From contig CAVNZM010000008.1 in assembly GCA_963693365.1 (NCBI GenBank), positions 2,757,572-2,821,571 of the forward strand: a stretch of 64,000 nucleotides of DNA. The letters are read 5' to 3'. Made by a program: the position numbers and the translations under genes. The notes below the pieces were generated by a model that saw only the letters and a list, made by a program, of their open reading frames with translations, had not been told where the DNA came from and searched no databases. The stretch comes from Amoebidium appalachense (Eukaryota > Protista > Ichthyosporea). Positions 56,370-64,000 of this stretch are shown piece by piece. How positions within the stretch are numbered: position 1 is the stretch's first letter; the number at the start of each line of letters is the position of its first letter.

Positions 56370-56673
56370 TGTCGAACAGGATAGCCATCCGGTATGCCCT
56401 GCGTTAGCGTAGCACTAGTGATCGGGAATATTCGAGATATTCGGGATAAACTGGTGGATAGGTTCACGATAGATCAGGATAGATCTAGAAGAGTCTAGAA
56501 GATTCTATTGGAGTGTTTTGATTGGTAGCGACTAGATCCATAGCGGCGGGTAACCAATCGGGAATAGTATGTAACATTCCAGTGAGCCAGACCACAAGTA
56601 TATAAAGGTCCCGGCGGGCCAGTCAATGCAAGTCAGCAAATAATAAAGTCTCACAGAGAAACCTCTAAGTTAC
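56370..56673 (+). mobile_element. 5' LTR of a Ty1/copia retrotransposon
   Basis: It starts TGTC, contains TATATAAA (~56599) and AATAAA (56642-56647), and is immediately followed by a PBS and gag. The terminal CA is not intact, and no second LTR is present in the window. Confidence 0.6.
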
Positions 56674-56688
56674 GGTTATGGGCCCAGT
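56674..56688 (+). other. Primer-binding site complementary to the internal (anticodon-arm) region of initiator tRNA-Met (Hemivirus/copia type)
   Basis: GGTTATGGGCCCAGT lies directly after the LTR and 33 nt before the gag ATG. Confidence 0.8.
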
Positions 56689-56721
56689 ACAACGCTACGA
56701 TCAAGCGACTGTTGAGACAAG

Positions 56722-57424
56722 ATGGGAAGAGCAAAATGTCCAGTTCCCATGTATGAAGGAGAAGGCAAGGGCAAAATCTCCTACTCAATGTGGGCCATGC
56801 GCATGAAGTGCTTCCTCGAGGGCGAGGAATTATGGTACACGATTGAAGACGTGGCTCCTGAAGTGATAGGAGAGGACGGCGAACCGGTGGAGCAACCTCC
56901 GGTGGAGATCGACCCCTTGGATCAGAAGAAGGCGACTTCCTACCTGGTGGAGACACTAGGTGATGTACCTGCAAGCCTGTGTCGGCGAGCTATTGCCGTA
57001 GGAAATCCCAAGGACATATGGGATACGGTAGCATCATACGCTGCGCGCAACACAGATGAGCACAAGAGAATGTTGATTCAACAGTTCTGGCGTGCTGATA
57101 TGATGCCGACGGAAAGCGTGCTGGAGTATGCGGCCCGCCTGGAGTGCATTGTGCAGGATCTTCTTCATATCGATCCCAATGGAGTTAGTGAGGACATGGT
57201 TGCCGAGAAATTCCTGGACGGTGTAGGCGCTGACGACCGATTCCGCACCGACGTTAGGACCATTCAAGCTTTACCAGCAGCTGAGAAGACAATGGAAAAG
57301 ATAATCGCCAAGCTGCGTGGTTTTGAGGAGAACGAGGCTGCAAGGGAACAGCAGCGGGTGATGATGACCAGCACCCAATGGCGCGGCGGTACGCCACGAC
57401 AGGACACCGGCAAGCCGCGCGTGA
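56722..57424 (+). mobile_element. gag: Ty1/copia gag, truncated before the zinc knuckle (ORF runs on into unrelated repeat DNA to 57549)
   Basis: YSMWAMRMKCFLEGEELWYTIE, KDIWDTV, ESVLEYAARLECIVQDL and VSEDMVAEKFLDGV follow the copia gag (DUF4219/Retrotran_gag_2) pattern. Composition changes abruptly after GKPRVT, and no protease, integrase or RT follows. Confidence 0.85.
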
Positions 57425-59850
57425 CCGTCAGCAAACTTCATCCGGCATCCGAAACCCATCTTATATATCATTTTGATATATGGCATACCAAACCCCACCC
57501 TAAATACGTCAAAAAGAGCCTGACAAGATATCATAGAATTCCCGGATAGAACCCATCAGATCCCTATCAATGATATCTTTGATAGGGTTCGGATTGGTTA
57601 TGGTATGGCGCATATCCGAAACCCATCCTTTGCTGATATCCTTACGATATCCTTACGATATCATAGAAAACCACGATGGTTTTGGTTTTTGACCGAAAAT
57701 CTCAAAATTTCCTCATAGCATTATGATATCCATATGCTATCCTAGTGATATGTATGTTAGCAAGGTCATAATAGCTCTTTTGGATATGTTTCACATACGT
57801 TTAGGATATTGGTGCCCCAAACGATATCTGTTAGATGTCTTTGTTATAGCCTACAGATATCCCTCATTATAGAATATCTTAATCCCATCCAATACGCATT
57901 ACATGACGATATCTACCTGATGTCGTGGGACAATACAAATTGATATCCACGTGATATCTGATGGATAACATGTATGCTTATAAATTGAATATAATACAGA
58001 TGTTGTTTTGATATCGTCTGGACATCGTTGTGATGTACCTACAACCATTTTTTTGATATCGTTATGCGCCCATGGGGGTAATCCAGAAGATACCCTTGTA
58101 CACAACCAGTAGGCATGTTGAAGACATCCTTTTGATATCCTTTCGGATATCCCTTTGTCCACAGGCCCAAGATATGATATCTAATTCATATCATTGTACA
58201 GGTCGTAAGGATATGTACCAAATATATCTAAATAAAGACTTGTGATATATGTGATTGGTATGTGTAAGATGCCCCTATGTACATCAATGTGATATGCTGT
58301 AACTTATCATTTGAATATCCCGCTCTGTCTAAAACGGCAGCATTGTGGGTATCCTTTTGATATTCTTTTTGATATCCCTTTTATATTCAATATGTTATCT
58401 GTTTTTGGTCCTACATCTCAAACATATCACAACTGCCTCTTTGCAGGCCCAAGCTACGATATCTAATTCATATCTTTGTACACGTCGTAAGGATATGTAC
58501 CTGATATATCTAAATAAAGACTAGTGAGTTGTGTGATTGATATCGGTAAGATGTCGCTATGTACATCAATGTGATATGCTGTAACCTATCATTTGAATAT
58601 CCTAATCTGTCCAGAGCAGTAGTCCACGAGGTATCATCTACATATCTTTTAGAGGCCCTTAGATTATCATTGCGATATCCGCATAGGGATATATTTATAT
58701 ATCGAATTCATAAGTATATGATACATAAGCTTGCCATCCCAGTGATATCTAAGCGGCAGTATTGTGGATATTAGAAAGATATCAGAAGAACATCCGTGCA
58801 GTAGAAGGTCAGTGTCTTTTGTAAGTACATCAATGTGATATCTAAACGGCAGTATTGTGGATATTAGAAAGATATCAGAAGAACATCCGTGCAGTAGAAG
58901 GTCAGTGTCTTTTGTAAGTACATCAATGTGATATCTAAACGGCAGCATTGTGGATATTAGAAAGATATCAGAAGAACAATCGAAAAATCCTTTAGATGTC
59001 TATTAGATGTCCGATGAGAATGGTTGCGATATACGCGCAAAGAAAATTTTTGTGATCAAGCCAGCTGAGCAATCGTTGGGAAACCCGCCAATTACTCACA
59101 CGGGGCATTGCGGGGCTCATTGCGGCCATCTGAATGTGATGGTGGCATGGCCATTTATATAGGGCCAGGAAATCACTTTTCCGTTCGATTGTGGGACGAA
59201 AATCACAAAATGGCAAACCCGATTTTGATTGGTTGTTATTCTTCAAAACGGCATGCTCAGGGTCACCCAACTGTGATCAGCCAATCACGTTTCATGTTTA
59301 ATTGAGATTATCGCATACATCTAATGAAGATATGTTTCTGCCATCTTTACGACATCGCAACGACCTGATCTTCTATGGTCTGATCTTGTACATATCCCAC
59401 AGGGGTCATAAACATCTCATAATGATATTTGTTAGATAAACACGCAACCACAACGGCCGCAAATAAAACTAAATTACCCCATTTGGCAAGTGCCATGTGG
59501 CAGAGTGTAAATTGCGAACGTCCGAAACACTAAACACTAGGCAAAATAGAGCAATCTAGTAACTACATAGTACCAATTTCGAGCATCGAAGCAGGAAAAT
59601 GGTTATTTATTGCAATTTTATATTTTGTGTGTTCCGAGGATGTTACCACCTTTGAAGGTTTATTAGCGCCTGAAAACAATACCTTACTGCATTAGGGCGG
59701 GTGCACATCACAGGCACGTGCACATTCTCCGGACACCAGATGATATATCGCAAGATATCCGTACGATATCTAATGTATGTATTGTTGATATCATTCTATT
59801 CTCATGCATCGTAGTTATAATGAACGTTACCATTTTATGACTATTTATGA
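57425..59850. mobile_element. GATATC-rich repetitive element, probably a non-autonomous DNA transposon with subterminal repeats
   Basis: Dozens of gatatc/gatat/atatc motifs; an internal duplication with ~282-bp period (58162 vs 58444); a 93-bp tandem x2.5 (58742-58978). The right terminus was not identified. Confidence 0.5.
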
Positions 59851-60103
59851 TATAAAACGCTAGTTACGCTTGTGCTTTCTATAACCGGTAACGCACGTTA
59901 ACATTATGCCTCCGCGCGCGTGAACTACAAAGTATGTGAAAACTGCAACGTAGTGATACACACTCTTCTTCTGAACCTATGTCGTCAATCATGACACACA
60001 CACACACACACACACACAGCGAGACACGCACGCTGCCACACACACACACACAAACACACACACACAGAGAGAGATACACACACACAGACAGACACGTTGC
60101 CCT

Positions 60104-60134
<31 letters not shown>

Positions 60135-60167
60135 GCCACACACACACACACACACACAGGCACGTTG

Positions 60168-60235
<68 letters not shown>

Positions 60236-60263
60236 ACCCACACACACGTTACCATGCGCACCT

Positions 60264-60319
<56 letters not shown>

Positions 60320-60386
60320 ACACGTACATACACACACCCAAACACATGCCCGTGTGCACGTACATCGGTAGACACGAACGCGCGAG

Positions 60387-60418
<32 letters not shown>

Positions 60419-60529
60419 GTGTTCACATAAAGACAGGGTACACCACGGTTGCCTCGATATTCCTCTGTTCTTTATCTACACATTCTCGGCTCACTCTCCC
60501 GTTCATAAAATATCTCCTCCCTTGTAGCA

Positions 60530-62442
60530 CCTTGTAGCATAGTATATGTACATATGTTACCTAGACATTATTGGTTTTTCAATAACTACCCACAGAACAG
60601 CCTCTAGCACGAGAAATTTACCACAACGTTTATGGGGGGGATGGTAAATGTGCCCCTGGAGTACGAGGGTCACACGAAAAAAACACAACATTGTAGCTCG
60701 AATAGAACCCCCCTTGTAGCATAGTATAAGTACATGTGTTACCTAGACATTATTCGTTTTTTCAATAACTACCCACAGAACAGCTTCTAGCACGAGAGCT
60801 TTACCACAAAGTTTATGGGGGGGATGGTGAATGTGCCCCTGGAGTACGAGGGTCACACGAAAAAAACACAACGTTGTAGCTCGTATAGAACCCCCCTTGT
60901 AGCATAGTATATGTACATAGTATGTTACCTAGACATTATTGGTTTTTTCAATAACTACCCACAGAACAGCTTCTAGCACGAGACATTTACCACAAAGTTT
61001 ATGGGGGAGATGGTGAATGTGCCCCTGGAGTACGAGGGTCACACGAAAAAAACACAATGTTGTAGCTCGAATAGACCCCCCTTGTAGCATAGTATATGTC
61101 CATGTGTTACCTAGACATTATTGGTTGTTTCAATAACTACCCACAGAACAGCTTCTAGCACGAGACATTTACCACAACGTGTATGGGGGGGATGTTGAAT
61201 GTGCCCCTGGAGTACAAGGGTCACACGAAAAAAACACAACGTTGTAGCTCGTATAGAACCCCCCTTGTAGCATAGTATATGTACATAGTATGTTACCTAG
61301 ACATTATTGGTTTTTTCAATAACTACCCACAGAACAGCTTCTAGCACGAGAGCTTTACCACAACGTTTATGGGGGGGATGGTGAATGTGCCCCTGGAGTA
61401 CGAGGGTCACACGAAGAAAACACAACGTTGTAGCTCGTATAGAACCCCCCTTGTAGCATAGTATATGTACATATGTTACCTAGACATTATTGGTTTTTCA
61501 ATAGCTACCCACAGAACAGCCTCTAGCACGAGAGATTTACCACAAAGTTTATGGGGTGGATGGTGAATGTGCCCCTGGAGTACGAGGGTCACACGAAAAA
61601 AACACAACATTGTAGCTCGAATAGAACCCCCCTTGTAGCATAGTATAAGTACATGTGTTACCTAGACATTATTCGTTTTTTCAATAACTACCCACAGAAC
61701 AGCTTCTAGCACGAGAGCTTTACCACAACGTGTATGGGGGGGATGGTGAATGTGCCCCTGGAGTACGAGGGTCACACGAAAAAAGCACAACGTTGTAGCT
61801 CGTATAGAACCCCCCTTGTAGCATAGTATATGTACATAGTATGTTACCTAGACATTATTGGTTTTTTCAATAACTACCCACAGAACAGCTTCTAGCACGA
61901 GAGCTTTACCACAACGTTTATGGGGGGGATGGTGAATGTGCCCCTGGTGTACGAGGGTCACACGAAAAAAACACAACGTTGTAGCTCGTATAGAACCCCC
62001 CTTGTAGCATAGTATATGTACATATATATGTTACCTAGACATTATTGGTTTTTCAATAACTACCCACAGAACAGCCTCTAGGACGAGAGATTTACCACAA
62101 CGTTTATGGGGTGGATGGTGAATGTGCCCCTGGAGTACGAGGGTCACACGAAAAAAACACAACATTGTAGCTCGAATAGAACCCCCCTTGTAGCATAGCA
62201 TATGTACATGTGTTACCTAGACATTATTCGTTTTTTCAATAACTACCCACAGAACAGCTTCTAGCACGAGAACTTTACCACAAAGTTTATGGGGGGGATG
62301 GTGAATGTGCCCCTGGAGTACGAGGGTCACACGAAAAAAACACAACGTTGTAGCTCGTATAGAACCCCCTTTGTAGCATAGTATATGTACATCATACGGT
62401 ATGTTACCTAGACATTATTGGTTTTTTCAATAACTACCCACA
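60530..62442. repeat. Tandem satellite, ~182-186-bp monomer, ~10.4 copies
   Basis: Units starting ccttgtagcatagtat begin at about 60530, 60712, 60895, 61080, 61263, 61449, 61631, 61814, 62000, 62186 and 62369 (partial). They are near-identical along their whole length. Confidence 0.97.
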
Positions 62443-62552
62443 TGCGGCATGTGTTACTTTCACGTTATTGGTTTCCTAGCACGGGATATTCAGCACACAG
62501 TTGGGGATGTGGGGGCAGTGTACACCTCAATATTGGTAAGGTGGTGGGTGGG

Positions 62553-62598
<46 letters not shown>

Positions 62599-63140
62599 CC
62601 ACACAACCGAAACTGTCGGTGTTACAAGTGGTTCGGTCTTAAGAAGTTAGAACGGTGATTTTTTTAATTAATAGCGGGAAACAATATTATCCCCATTGCA
62701 TATGGGGGGAACGAGGAGGGGGGGAGGGGGGGGGGGGGGGGGGGGGGGTTCACAACGAATTCTATCGACTGTGCATAATTAATGTATATTGCACATGTAG
62801 CCTGAAAGATTAAAGTGAATGTGTGTATGTATATGTGCGAGTATATTTGTGTATGCAATACATGTACAATGTTTTCGTCTTTGTAGGTGGGTGGGTGGGG
62901 TGGGTGGGGGGGGGGGGGGGGGGGGGGGGTGGGGGGGGGGGGAAGAGGGAGGGGGGGAGGGGGCATCATGATCAGGGATAACAGGGTGTGTGCGTGTGTG
63001 CGCTTGTGTGCATGTGCTGTGTGTGTTGTGTAGGTGTGCGCCTGTGTGTGTGTGCGTGCCTGTGTGTGCGCGCCTGTGTGTGTGTGTGTGTGTGTGTGTG
63101 CAGTGTGCATGTGTGAGTGTGTGTGCGTGCGCGCGTGCGC

Positions 63141-63171
<31 letters not shown>

Positions 63172-63519
63172 TGTGTGATTTCAAAGAAGTCGAAAGCGCC
63201 AGTGACACCCATGTTGAAAAAAAGACAAGCAAGCACGCTAAGAAGGACAGCAAGAAGTAACAGAAACCCTTTCATGCCGAAAAAATGGTCAAGAACAAAG
63301 AAGTGGAGGACACGTAACTATAGTCTGATAGTTGTGACTAAGGGCACTAAGGGTAGCGCTAAGGGCACCAAGCTGATGCACGCGCGCGCGCGAGCCGAAA
63401 TCTATTTTTATCTTTTTCCTAATCAGGCGCGGCGAATAGTGATTGGCTAAATCCCAATCCGGTTTGCAATTTTTTTCTCCATTTAAGCCTTTACGCACGT
63501 TGTTTTCTCCATTTCTCTT

Positions 63520-63650
63520 CCCCCTTCCCGCAGGTCCGCAGGTCCTTTCCCGCAGGTCGCCTGGTCGCAGGTCCCTTCCCGCAGGTCGCCTGGTCGCAGT
63601 TCCCTTCCCGCAGCGCCTGGTCACAGATCCCCCTCCGCAGATCGCGCAGC
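63520..63650. repeat. Short GC-rich tandem motif cluster (cccttcccgcaggtcgcctggtcgcag)
   Basis: There are 4-5 imperfect copies. The core tcccgcaggt is the reverse complement of acctgcggga in the 54864-55940 element. Confidence 0.6.
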
Positions 63651-64000
63651 CACCGTGCTGATTGTTTTGGACCATGCTGCATGCTGCAGCTTCTTCTTGA
63701 AGGTTAGTTTTGTGTTGCCTGCTTTTGTGCATATGGCGTTTGTCTGTCTGGTCTGTGTCTGTGTCTGTGTGTGTGTGTGTGTATGTGTGTGTGCGTGCGT
63801 GCGTGTGCGTGTGTCTGCTGGCTGCAGATGCACGTTGCCTTTCACGTTCATGAACCAGCGACTGTGGGCACTACTTTTGCTGTTAGCACTATAGCTATCA
63901 TCCCCTCCACCGATCGTTCAAGCTATTTTCTGCTTCTCTAGACTTCATAAGTTCTGGTCCGGGTTTCCGTCCTTACTATGTTTAAGGTTGGTTCTGTCGA

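Noticed and set aside
58667-58948. 93-aa ORF with a 31-aa repeat
   Set aside because: It is a by-product of the 93-bp DNA tandem inside the GATATC element, with no protein-like features or splice context.
60530-62442. CRISPR-like array, coding repeat, or tandem RNA-gene (5S/SL/snRNA/tRNA) cluster
   Set aside because: The whole unit is repeated with no unique spacers and no cas genes. Unit lengths are not constant multiples of 3 and contain stops. I could not recognise any known RNA-gene sequence, although an Infernal/Rfam scan was not possible.

Overview
This is eukaryotic, intron-rich DNA with GT-AG spliceosomal introns and CTAAC branch points. It is probably from a non-animal opisthokont or other protist, but the organism cannot be fixed from sequence alone. 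Most ORFs in the supplied track are artefacts of intronic poly-C/G, (CA)n and (CT)n tracts. Manual splicing gives: the 3' part of a NAK/AAK1-like endocytic kinase (+), a complete 8-exon enolase (-), an RCC1-repeat plus two-BTB protein (-), a small SERTA-motif protein (-), two unassigned multi-exon genes, an intronless SH3 protein (+) and a bacterial-type isochorismatase-family hydrolase (-). From about 54.8 kb onward the window is a transposon nest: a CACTA-like TIR element, a LINE endonuclease relic, a Copia LTR/PBS/gag, a GATATC-rich element and a ~183-bp satellite with higher-order structure. The most notable observations are strand-biased simple-repeat introns with C/CA-rich acceptors, an intron built from tandem copies of its own 3' splice site, the SERTA-like gene and the higher-order satellite. 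No clearly novel multi-gene system could be demonstrated.
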